From: Gemmatimonadaceae bacterium
GTDB taxonomy: Bacteria; Gemmatimonadota; Gemmatimonadetes; Gemmatimonadales; Gemmatimonadaceae
DNA length: 45,839 nt
Assembly (NCBI GenBank): GCA_041747275.1
Contig: JBGTFN010000139.1
Coordinates: forward strand, 1 to 45,839
Reading direction: 5' to 3'
Under the pieces are notes generated by a model. That model was not told the DNA's origin. It saw nothing but the letters and a program-made list of their open reading frames with translations, and did not search any database. Every line of letters starts with the position of its first letter. Within the stretch, counting starts at the first letter, position 1. This document shows positions 24,761 through 33,057 of the stretch, piece after piece. The position numbers and the translations under genes are program-made.

Positions 24761-26444
24761 CGCCTCGCCAACGGCGGACCGTGAACGCGAACATGATCGC
24801 GCTCACGGTCGCCCACCATGTCGCGCGCCACAACGCTTCAACAATCGGAAGGGTGTCGCCGGCGAGCAGTGCCGGTGGATCTGCGAACCGCAGCCACGGC
24901 GAGTCCACACCGTTGGCATCGAGCACGACGGCGAGCACCCAGCCGGCAATCAACAGCAAGTGCCCGATGATCTTGTGGCGCACCAGGACGTGCACCGCGA
25001 GTGAAAGTACCGTCCATTGCACGAACGGCACGAACAGCCACAGCGCCCCCGCAATCAGCAGCGTGCGCAGCGGCACGAAGCTGTGCGCCGCGCCGATTGA
25101 AAGCCAGGCGCCGACCAGCAGCGCTGCCACCAGTGCGCCCTGCGCCGCGGCAAGCCCCAGCAGTCGTGCGCCAACGAGACGCGAGGCGGCGACGGACGTA
25201 CTCAGCACCAGTTCCGCAATGCGTTCATCCTCGTCACGCCACAGCAACTCGCCGGCGTAGATCGTGGCGAGAAGAATGAGGAACAGGCGCGAATGCTCGT
25301 GCACAAGCGCGACTACGCCCGCGACGTCAGCCACCGCCGCATCAGGCGCCGTTATCGAGTGTGCGATCACGTTCAGCACGCCGAGCGCCGAAATGACAAG
25401 CCAACCGCGATCCGACCACGTCCAGCGCGTGGTGAACGCTGCGAGCGGAAAGTGTGGACGCGGCAGCCAGCGCGGCAGCGCGTCTGCTACCCCGCTTGAG
25501 AACGCAAGGCGGGTCGACGCAGCACCGGGCACGTTTAATCGCGTGGAGGTGCCATAGCCGACGCGAACCGACACGCGCATCGCCGCAACACCGCTCGCGG
25601 CTGCGATCAGCAACCACAATACGCGACTCGCTCCCGTCAGCCCGATGATCGGCACAAGCTGCGAGTTACGCGCCTGCTCGCTCCAGTCCTGCGTCACCAC
25701 CTGAACGGCTGTCGTGCCGAACGGATCAAGCAGTGCTGCCGCACGAACGAGCGCACTCGGCGAGGCCGCAGCGTCCGCCAGCGCACTCGTTGCGAATGCG
25801 CGCCACACCGCCTCGCAGCCCTGCCAGAGGAAGAGCAGCGCGAGTGCCGCAGCGAGCACTGCCAACAATCGCCGCGTTCTCGCGGCAACGGCGACGAGGA
25901 TGGTCGCGACCGCAATCGTGGTCGGCACTGTCAGCGTAAGCCACGGCCACATCGTGCGAACGAACACCGCGTTCCACGGCACAGCTCGATCGACCCACGG
26001 CGCGAGCGCACCTAGCCACACCCCCGCAATGAGCGCGCTGTACACCACGAGCATCACCATCACGGCAGCCGCCCATCGACCAATCACGAATGCCCGCACG
26101 TCGAGCGGAGTCGTAAACAGCAACTGGTCCGTGCGCCACGCCTCGTCGCGCAGCATGGCGCTGGCCGTGATCATCGTGGTGATGATCTGACCGAACGCGG
26201 TGAGTCCGCCCAGCGCCAGGGCAATCGAGAGTGGCGCAAGCTTGTCGAGCTCGTCCCGTCCCCGCACCAGTTCCACAGTGCCGCTGCTGATGAACGCGAA
26301 CGTGAGCAGCAGGAACACCAGCGCGTAGAGCACCGTGGCCGGTTCGCGTTGCTGGATGGCCAGTTCGAAGCGCGCGATGGCGCGAATGTCCTGCCACCAG
26401 CGTCGCGTTGGATCCTCAATGGCTACGGGCCTGGTAGCGTGCAT
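24744..26444 (-). CDS. Polytopic membrane protein, ABC-2-type permease-like (about 12 TM)
   Basis: 566-aa ORF in which hydrophobic helices alternate with short loops. The N-terminus (IRAIARFELAIQQREPATVLYALVFLLL) resembles ABC-2 permease starts. No ATPase gene is nearby. Confidence 0.5.
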   Translation of the reverse strand: MHATRPVAIEDPTRRWWQDIRAIARFELAIQQREPATVLYALVFLLLTFAFISSGTVELVRGRDELDKLAPLSIALALGGLTAFGQIITTMITASAMLRDEAWRTDQLLFTTPLDVRAFVIGRWAAAVMVMLVVYSALIAGVWLGALAPWVDRAVPWNAVFVRTMWPWLTLTVPTTIAVATILVAVAARTRRLLAVLAAALALLFLWQGCEAVWRAFATSALADAAASPSALVRAAALLDPFGTTAVQVVTQDWSEQARNSQLVPIIGLTGASRVLWLLIAAASGVAAMRVSVRVGYGTSTRLNVPGAASTRLAFSSGVADALPRWLPRPHFPLAAFTTRWTWSDRGWLVISALGVLNVIAHSITAPDAAVADVAGVVALVHEHSRLFLILLATIYAGELLWRDEDERIAELVLSTSVAASRLVGARLLGLAAAQGALVAALLVGAWLSIGAAHSFVPLRTLLIAGALWLFVPFVQWTVLSLAVHVLVRHKIIGHLLLIAGWVLAVVLDANGVDSPWLRFADPPALLAGDTLPIVEALWRATWWATVSAIMFAFTVRRWRGVTSRR

Positions 26445-26486
26445 CGACGCGTGTGCTCTCCAAACCGCTCTACGCGCTACTCTGGC

Positions 26487-26972
26487 TCAGATGTGCGGCA
26501 ACTCGCGATCGCCCAGCTCGCCACCGTCATGATGCCATCGCATTTCATCGTCCGAAAGCGGGCGAATGGCAAGGTCCACGGCGAGCCATGTCGTTTTCGC
26601 GAATGGATAGCACAGCAAGCATCCCGACAGCATGAGCGCAGCAGTCACGTATGTCAGCAGGTCCCACGGAACAGTCGGCCACGTGACGAATACGAATCCG
26701 CACACGCACAGGAACAAGATCAGCTCGACGGCGATCAGGTTGAAGAGATATGCGCCCACAAAGTAGTCGCTCTCGCCGCGCTCGATGCGAAGTCCGCACG
26801 TCGGACAGTCAGATTTGAGCGTGAAGAACGACGCGAAGATGCCTCGTCCACCGCAATGCGGGCAACGCAACAGCAGCGCGCGCCCGAGCATGCGCGTAGT
26901 GGAGACGTGACGCGGGCGCGCTTCGTCTTGCGTTGTCCGCTCGGCGCCGCCCAGTTGAGGGATCGTGAGCAT
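26487..26972 (-). CDS. DUF983 family protein (zinc ribbon plus TM helices)
   Basis: RCPHCGGRGIFASFFTLKSDCPTCGLRIERGESDYFVGAYLFNLIAVELILFL. Confidence 0.75.
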   Translation of the reverse strand: MLTIPQLGGAERTTQDEARPRHVSTTRMLGRALLLRCPHCGGRGIFASFFTLKSDCPTCGLRIERGESDYFVGAYLFNLIAVELILFLCVCGFVFVTWPTVPWDLLTYVTAALMLSGCLLCYPFAKTTWLAVDLAIRPLSDDEMRWHHDGGELGDRELPHI

Positions 26973-26980
26973 ATCGTAAA

Positions 26981-27164
26981 GCTAACGAAATCACCGGTCT
27001 CGAGCCCGGCGATCTCTTCGAGCACCGGAACACCGCCAATCTCGTGCCCAACGTGGACTTCAGTTCCCAGTCGGTCATCCAGTACGCCGTGGGAGCACTT
27101 GGGGTCGAGCATGTGGTGGTGTGATCACTACGGTTGCGGCGGCATCAAGGCCGCGATGCAGTAG
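26981..27164 (+). pseudogene. Beta-class carbonic anhydrase remnant (5'- and 3'-truncated, frameshifted)
   Basis: ANEITGLEPGDLFEHRNTANLVPNVDFSSQSVIQYAVGALGVEHVVV* is followed in the +1 frame by CDHYGCGGIKAAMQ*. Together these match the E. coli Can segment [21 protein letters not shown]...[25 protein letters not shown]. In-frame stops lie just upstream (TGA 26966-26968). The frame breaks at gtggtggtgtgatcac (27113-27128), and TAG is at 27162-27164. Only about 60 of roughly 210 expected codons remain. Confidence 0.75.
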
Positions 27165-27199
27165 GGCGTCGGAGCGCTTTCACCGCGCGATCGGGAGCA

Positions 27200-27385
27200 A
27201 GAGGGGAGGCAGTGGGCGCGAATTCGCAAACGCGCAAACGCGCAAACGCGCAAACGCGCAAACGCGGAAACGCGCAACAACAGCAAAGCTGGTGGATACG
27301 GAACTCGGCCCGCGAATCGAACCACCAAGAAATTTTTCGCGCGTTTGCGCGTTTGCGATTTCGCGCCTCCTGAGCCAGCCCGAAC
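27200..27385. repeat. Palindromic element whose arms are tandem CGCAAACG octamers (copy 2)
   Basis: The left arm 27216-27279 holds seven 8-bp units (cgcaaacg x5, cggaaacg, cgcaacaa). The right arm 27337-27367 is cgcgcgtttgcgcgtttgcgatttcgcgcc. The spacer contains tggtgg...ccacca. Confidence 0.85.
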
Positions 27386-27561
27386 ACGTATTCTCAGATC
27401 GAACCGCCCAGGCCCAGACCCGCCAAGCTGGCACGCCTTGACGACTCCGGCGGCCACTCCGCGTGAACGTCGTTGGTGCTTTGCGCGTATAAAGGGGTGT
27501 CGCGGGCACACTGCCGAGACTCGGCAACGTGCCCGTTTTATTGACGCCTCAATTCGTGCCA

Positions 27562-28797
27562 ATGCGCCCCTTGCTGTCCATACGCACCGTTCTCACCACA
27601 GTCGCGCTCGCCGTCCTCAGCGCGTGCGGAAACTCATCTCCGGAGTCGTCGGCCACGCAGGGCGGTGGAGGTCGAGGCGGTCCCGGCGGCGGTCGGGGCG
27701 GTCCCGGCGGCGGTCGGGGTGGTGAAGGCCAGGTCACGCCTGTCGAGATCGCGATCGTCGATCGGGTCACGCTGTCGAATACAAGTCTGGTCACTGGTCT
27801 GCTGGAACCGATCCGCACCGTCAGTGTGAACGCGCAACTCGGCGGAGCGCTGCTCGCCATGAACGTCGAAGAAGGCAGCAGGGTGCGCGAGGGACAGGTG
27901 CTGGCCACCATCGACGCCAGGGAACTCGAGGCGCAGGTACGTGCCGCCGAGGCGGCCCTGACGTTCGCCAAGGCTACCGCCCAGCGCTCGGCGGAACTCT
28001 TCGAAAAGCAAATTGTGACCGCCGCAGAAAATGAGCGGGACCAGAGCGCGCTCGCGGCCGCCCAGGCCACGGCCACGCAGCTGAAGACCCGACTTGGCTT
28101 CTCCCGCATAGTCTCGCCCATCGGCGGCGTTGTCACGGCGCGCTTCGTTCAGGGCGGCGACATCGTCTCACCGAATACGCGTCTCTTTACGGTGTCCGAT
28201 CTGTCCACCTTGGTGGTGCGATTGCCGGTGTCGGAGCTCGAGGTCAGCCAGCTTCGTACCGGCGCCGAAGTGGGGCTGAGTGTCGACGCGCTCGCCGGAG
28301 CGATCTATCCCGGGCGGATCCGTCGTATTTTTCCGGCTGCCGACTCGGTGACCCGCCTCGTGCCGGTCGAGGTCGCAGTCACTGGCAGCGCGACATCACT
28401 ACTCAGGCCCGGCTATACGGTCCGCGCCACGCTCAAGCTCGACAGCAAGGCCGACGCACTCGTAGTGCCAACCCGCGCCGTGCTTGGCGCTACGGGAGCA
28501 CGCACCGTGTATGTCGTCCGCAATGGGCTCGCGGAGCGCCGTCCCGTGCGCGTCGGAGCCGATGTCGATGGCCAGCTCGAAGTGTTCTCGGGACTCGCCA
28601 TGGGTGACACCGTCATCGTGGCCGGCAACTCGCTGGTGCGCGAAGGCGGCAAGGTTCGCATCGTCGATCCGCTCGCGCCCGACGCCCCCTCACGCGCTGC
28701 AGGCGTGAACGCGACATCATCGACCATCCCCACCTCGGCCGTTCCCTCACCCGCGTCAGCGCCTGACAGCGGCCGCGTTGCGAGGTTGGCTCCGTGA
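27562..28797 (+). CDS. Efflux RND transporter periplasmic adaptor subunit (MFP/HlyD_D23 family), lipoprotein
   Basis: MRPLLSIRTVLTTVALAVLSACG (lipobox), a coiled-coil hairpin (ELEAQVRAAEAALTFAKATAQR...), and beta-barrel/MPD regions. A GRGGPGG x3 linker is encoded by 21-bp repeats at 27670-27729. Confidence 0.9.
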   Translation: MRPLLSIRTVLTTVALAVLSACGNSSPESSATQGGGGRGGPGGGRGGPGGGRGGEGQVTPVEIAIVDRVTLSNTSLVTGLLEPIRTVSVNAQLGGALLAMNVEEGSRVREGQVLATIDARELEAQVRAAEAALTFAKATAQRSAELFEKQIVTAAENERDQSALAAAQATATQLKTRLGFSRIVSPIGGVVTARFVQGGDIVSPNTRLFTVSDLSTLVVRLPVSELEVSQLRTGAEVGLSVDALAGAIYPGRIRRIFPAADSVTRLVPVEVAVTGSATSLLRPGYTVRATLKLDSKADALVVPTRAVLGATGARTVYVVRNGLAERRPVRVGADVDGQLEVFSGLAMGDTVIVAGNSLVREGGKVRIVDPLAPDAPSRAAGVNATSSTIPTSAVPSPASAPDSGRVARLAP

Positions 28798-31700
28798 GTG
28801 AGAAGAAGTATTCGGGCATCTCCAGTTGGTCGATTCTTCGACCAATCGGTACCATCATGCTCACCTGCACCGTGCTGGTGCTTGGCATGGTGTACGCGGG
28901 ACGTTTGCCGGTCGATCTGCTGCCGCGCATTGTCTATCCACAGGTTCGCATTTCCGTGTCCAACCCGGGCGTGGAACCGGTGGTACTCGAAGAGACGGTG
29001 GCGAAGGTACTCGAGTCGTCGCTCGCGACCACGGAAAATCTCCAGCGCATGGAGACGGATATTTCCGAGGGGCGCGTCAGCATCTCGCTCGACTTCCGCT
29101 ACGGCACCAACGTCGACTTTGCGCTGCAGGACGCCGCCAAGAACGTCGAGCGTGTGCGTGCGCGGTTGCCCGTCGAAGCAGATCCGCCGGTCATCAACAA
29201 GTCGGATCCGTCGCAGATGCAGATCTACCAGGTGGCGTTTTCGTCCAGTGAACGCGACCTCGTGGCGTTGCGACAGTGGGTGGACCAGCGACTGCGTCCG
29301 CAACTGCTGTCGGTCGACGGTGTCGCATCGGTGGACGTGTCCGGTGGACTCGTTCGTGAAGTGCAGATCGAGCTCGATCCGGAGCGGTTGCGCGGCTTTG
29401 GCCTCTCCGTCAACGGCGTGCTCGCCTCGCTGCGCAACAACAACCAGAACATCGCTGGTGGCCGTGTCTCCGGTCCCGACCTCGAACTCGTCAGTCGCAC
29501 AACCGGCAAGTTCGACAACGTCGACGATATCCGGAACGTGCTGCTCACCGGAACGGGTGACAGCCGCATTCCGCTGCGTGATGTTGCCACGATTCGAGAC
29601 ACCAGTCAGGAACAACGCTTCTGGGCTCGGCTGAACGGCGTGCCCGCAGTGCGTATCGGCATCCAGAAGCAGCCTGAGGCCAACACGGTGCAGGTCGTGG
29701 ACGGCGTCGAAGCCATGCTGGAGCGGCTCTCCTCCACACGGTACGTGCCGGAAGACATCAAGTACAACGTCACGTTCGACCAGTCGGGCTTTATTCGTGA
29801 CGCACTCTCGTCCGTGCAGGGCGCCGCCATCGTAGGCGCATGCCTAGCCATGCTTGTCGTGCTCATCTTCCTGCGCTCGTTCCGGAAGACGTTCATCATC
29901 GGCGTTTCCATTCCGCTCGCAGTGCTGGCAACGTTTGTGATGATGGGTGTCGCCAACCTGACGCTCAACATCATGTCGCTGGGCGGACTCGCGCTTGGCA
30001 CCGGTCTGCTGCTGGACAACTCGATCGTGATGCTCGAGAACATCTACCGTCGCCGCATGGTGAATGGACTCGACGCCGAGGAAAGTGCACATGTGGGTGC
30101 CGCTGAAGTCGGCAATGCGATCATCGCGTCGACCACGACGAACCTTGCGTCTGTAGCGCCGTTCCTGCTCATCACCGGTCTGGCCGCGCTGATTTTTCGC
30201 GAACTCATCCTCACGATCTCGTTCGCGATTCTCGCATCGCTGCCGCTCGCGCTGACTCTCGTACCCATGCTGGCCGCGCAGCTTGGCAAGGTGCAGTTCT
30301 CGAGTGGCCTCGAGCGATTCCGACCGCTGGTGGCATTCGACCGGTTCCTCAAGCGACTCACTGAGCGCTATCGCGGCGCTGTTGCACGCGCTGTACGGTG
30401 GCGGTGGGCGGTGGTCGGCTCCGCTGCCGCACTGCTGTATCTCGCAATCGTCGTCAGTCGCGACATTCCGAACGAGTTTTTGCCGCAGGTGGATGACGGC
30501 ACCGTGAGCGCCTATGTGCGCCTGCCGGCCGGCGCCACTCCCGATCAGACCAACCGTCTTACGCGCGAGCTCGAGGCAATGGTGCAGGAAATGCCGAACG
30601 TGGTGAGCGTCTTCTCCACGGCGGGCGGCTTCCTGTTTGGCGGCAGCAGCAGCGCCAATGCGGGTCGCGGCAGCCTCGACATACGGCTCTCGCCCACGAA
30701 GGAGCGCGAACTGAGCGCGGAACAGTGGGTGACAGAGTTGCAGACTCGTATCGACGCGCGTGGCTTTGCCGGCGCCCGTGTTGGTGTGCGTCCGCCTCGC
30801 ATTCGCGGCCTGCGTACGTCCAGCAGCGGTGAAGCGGTTTCGGTGGCCGTGGTCGGTGACGAACTCGCCGTCCTCGAACAGGTGGGGCGCGATATTGCGC
30901 GCTCGCTGCAAGGCACACCCGGACTTCAGAACTTCGAGTTTCAGGCCGACGAGCAAAATCCGTTGCTCTCGATCGAACTCGACCGCGAACGCGCGCGCAC
31001 GCTTGGCCTCGACGTGGCGACCGTTGGCCAGACCATCCGCACGGCGCTCGACGGCACGGTGGCCACGCGCTATGCCGAAGGCAACTTCGAGTACGACGTG
31101 CGCGTCTTCTTCCCGCGCGGCCGCTTCCAGAGCGTGAACAATCTGGCGGACCTGCCGCTGTTTCCCGCCGGAGCCGGTCGCGCTCCCGTGCAGCTGCGTG
31201 ACGTAGCGTTTGTCGGACCGGCACTCGGACCCTCGAGCATCCGCCGAGTGAACCAGAATCGCCAGATTCAGCTCACGGGCGACGTGCTCACGAATGTCGC
31301 GAGCATCGGTGCGGTCACGGATTCCATTCGTGAGCGGCTTGGCAACATGGCCGTACCCGACGGATATGGCGTGATTATCGGCGGTGAAGCCGAGGCCATC
31401 GAAGAGAGCAATTCGCAGATGTTGCTCGTGATCGGCCTTGCGATTTTCCTCGTGTTCGTGGTGCTGTCGGTGCAGTACGAGAGTCTCACCGACCCCTTCG
31501 TGATCCTTGGCGCCATTCCGATGTCACTCGTGGGCGTGGTGGCGATTCTCAAGATCACCGGCATCCCCTTCAGCGCACCCGCATTGCTCGGCATGATCCT
31601 GCTTGCAGGTATTGTGGTCAACAACTCCATCCTGCTCGTGGAGTTCGTGAACACGTATCGCGAAGAATCGGGCGTCAGCGTTCCCGAGGCCGTGGTTGAA

Positions 31701-31979
31701 GCGGGCGCTGCGCGCATGCGCCCGATTCTCATGACGACGATCACCTCGTTGGTGGGCACAGCGCCGCTCGCGCTCGGACTCGGTGACGGATCGGAACTCA
31801 TGCGTCCGCTCGCCATCGCGGTGGTGGGTGGACTCAGCGTGTCGACGTTGCTTACACTGTTTGTAGTACCCTGTCTGTATGTGCTGCTGCACGCCCTTAC
31901 CGCGAAGTTGCGCGGTTTCGTGCTGGGCTCACCGGAGTCCGGTCGCACCTCGAGCCCGCAGCCCGTTGCCGGTGATTGA
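28794..31979 (+). CDS. Efflux RND transporter permease subunit (AcrB/HAE1-like)
   Basis: 1061 aa with a typical N-terminus (SSWSILRPIGTIMLTCTVLVLGMVYAGRLPVDLLPRIVYPQVRISV) and a 12-TM architecture. GTG 28794 overlaps the adaptor stop as GTGA. Confidence 0.95.
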   Translation: MSEKKYSGISSWSILRPIGTIMLTCTVLVLGMVYAGRLPVDLLPRIVYPQVRISVSNPGVEPVVLEETVAKVLESSLATTENLQRMETDISEGRVSISLDFRYGTNVDFALQDAAKNVERVRARLPVEADPPVINKSDPSQMQIYQVAFSSSERDLVALRQWVDQRLRPQLLSVDGVASVDVSGGLVREVQIELDPERLRGFGLSVNGVLASLRNNNQNIAGGRVSGPDLELVSRTTGKFDNVDDIRNVLLTGTGDSRIPLRDVATIRDTSQEQRFWARLNGVPAVRIGIQKQPEANTVQVVDGVEAMLERLSSTRYVPEDIKYNVTFDQSGFIRDALSSVQGAAIVGACLAMLVVLIFLRSFRKTFIIGVSIPLAVLATFVMMGVANLTLNIMSLGGLALGTGLLLDNSIVMLENIYRRRMVNGLDAEESAHVGAAEVGNAIIASTTTNLASVAPFLLITGLAALIFRELILTISFAILASLPLALTLVPMLAAQLGKVQFSSGLERFRPLVAFDRFLKRLTERYRGAVARAVRWRWAVVGSAAALLYLAIVVSRDIPNEFLPQVDDGTVSAYVRLPAGATPDQTNRLTRELEAMVQEMPNVVSVFSTAGGFLFGGSSSANAGRGSLDIRLSPTKERELSAEQWVTELQTRIDARGFAGARVGVRPPRIRGLRTSSSGEAVSVAVVGDELAVLEQVGRDIARSLQGTPGLQNFEFQADEQNPLLSIELDRERARTLGLDVATVGQTIRTALDGTVATRYAEGNFEYDVRVFFPRGRFQSVNNLADLPLFPAGAGRAPVQLRDVAFVGPALGPSSIRRVNQNRQIQLTGDVLTNVASIGAVTDSIRERLGNMAVPDGYGVIIGGEAEAIEESNSQMLLVIGLAIFLVFVVLSVQYESLTDPFVILGAIPMSLVGVVAILKITGIPFSAPALLGMILLAGIVVNNSILLVEFVNTYREESGVSVPEAVVEAGAARMRPILMTTITSLVGTAPLALGLGDGSELMRPLAIAVVGGLSVSTLLTLFVVPCLYVLLHALTAKLRGFVLGSPESGRTSSPQPVAGD

Positions 31980-32033
31980 TCCGGCGCGCGTGGTCGGGTT
32001 CGAGCTTCCCGATCACCCGATCCAGGAGAATGA

Positions 32034-32441
32034 ATGAGCTACACGATCAGCGAAATCGAAGGTATTGGAGAGGTCCGTTCGGCCAAGCTGGCCGAGGCGG
32101 GCATCACAACGACAGAGCACCTGCTGCAGCATTGCGCCGATTCCAAGGGACGAGCGTCGATCGCCGAGCGCACCGGCTTCAGCGCCGAAACGCTGCTCAA
32201 GTGGGCCAATATGGCTGACCTCATGCGCGTCGCCGGTGTGGGCAAGGAATTCTCCGAGTTGCTGGAGCTCGGCGGCGTTGACACCGTGAAGGAGCTGCGT
32301 ACCCGTCGTGCCGACAATCTCGCCGCGAAGCTTGCCGAGGTGAACGCGGCGAAGAATGTGGTGCGCAGCGTCCCGACCGAGGCCGTGGTGACGAAGTGGA
32401 TCGAGCAGGCAAAGACGCTCGAACCGCGCATCACGCACTGA
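32034..32441 (+). CDS. DUF4332 domain protein (helix-hairpin-helix-like)
   Basis: MSYTISEIEGIGEVRSAKLAEAGITTTEHLL...MRVAGVGKEFSELLELGGVDTVKELR. AGGAGA precedes the ATG. Confidence 0.75.
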   Translation: MSYTISEIEGIGEVRSAKLAEAGITTTEHLLQHCADSKGRASIAERTGFSAETLLKWANMADLMRVAGVGKEFSELLELGGVDTVKELRTRRADNLAAKLAEVNAAKNVVRSVPTEAVVTKWIEQAKTLEPRITH

Positions 32442-32468
32442 GCTACGTGCACCGCTGAGCAGCAACGC

Positions 32469-33029
32469 ATGCGGCGCGTGACGCTGTTGGTCGCCCTGGT
32501 TGTCGTAGCGACCAGCGCGTCACGTGCTGGCGCCCAGACGCGGTTGCACTCGCACGGGGTCGCGGAACTCAACATCGCCATTGACGGTCGCACGGGGCTG
32601 CTCGAGTTCACCGCCACCGCGCGCGATATATACGGTTTCGAACGTGAACCGCGCACGCCGCCCGAACGCCTGCGACGCGCTCAACACATTGCCGCTCTGC
32701 GCACTCAGTTCGCGTCCGTGGTGCTTTTCGACTCGCAACTTGGCTGCACGATCACACCCATCGAGGTGCATGCAGGCAACGACAGCCACGCGCATGACAA
32801 TCGTACCGGCGGACACTTTCACGCCGGAAACGATGCAACCGGCCAACTGCATGTCGACGTGCATGGCGAGTATGCGTTGCGCTGCGCCAGGGCGCCTGCT
32901 GGCTACGACATCCGCTTCGCCGTCTCGAAAACATTTCCGTCCATACACACCGTGCTCGTGCGCATGCGATCAGACAGCATAGGCGTCGTTGCGCGCGTGG
33001 AGCGCGACAACGGGGCGGTGCGACCGTAG
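32469..33029 (+). CDS. DUF2796 / ZrgA-like periplasmic metal-binding protein
   Basis: Signal peptide, then HSHGVAELNIAIDG..LEFTATARDIYGFEREPRT and a His-rich stretch HAGNDSHAHDNRTGGHFHAGND. Confidence 0.55.
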   Translation: MRRVTLLVALVVVATSASRAGAQTRLHSHGVAELNIAIDGRTGLLEFTATARDIYGFEREPRTPPERLRRAQHIAALRTQFASVVLFDSQLGCTITPIEVHAGNDSHAHDNRTGGHFHAGNDATGQLHVDVHGEYALRCARAPAGYDIRFAVSKTFPSIHTVLVRMRSDSIGVVARVERDNGAVRP

Positions 33030-33057
33030 CGGAGCAGGACTACCGAGCGTGCCGTCA

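Noticed and set aside
27216-27279. Regularly spaced short repeats that might suggest a CRISPR array.
   Set aside because: The period is 8 bp with no spacers, there is a complementary array on the other side, and no cas genes are present. It is a tandem octamer array, not CRISPR.
27280-27336. tRNA-like fragment in the spacer of the octamer element (cgaatcgaaccacca resembles the reverse complement of a T-arm GGTTCGA).
   Set aside because: No acceptor, D or anticodon arms can be drawn on either strand. The homologous spacer in the other copy (gtcgaaacac) lacks the resemblance.
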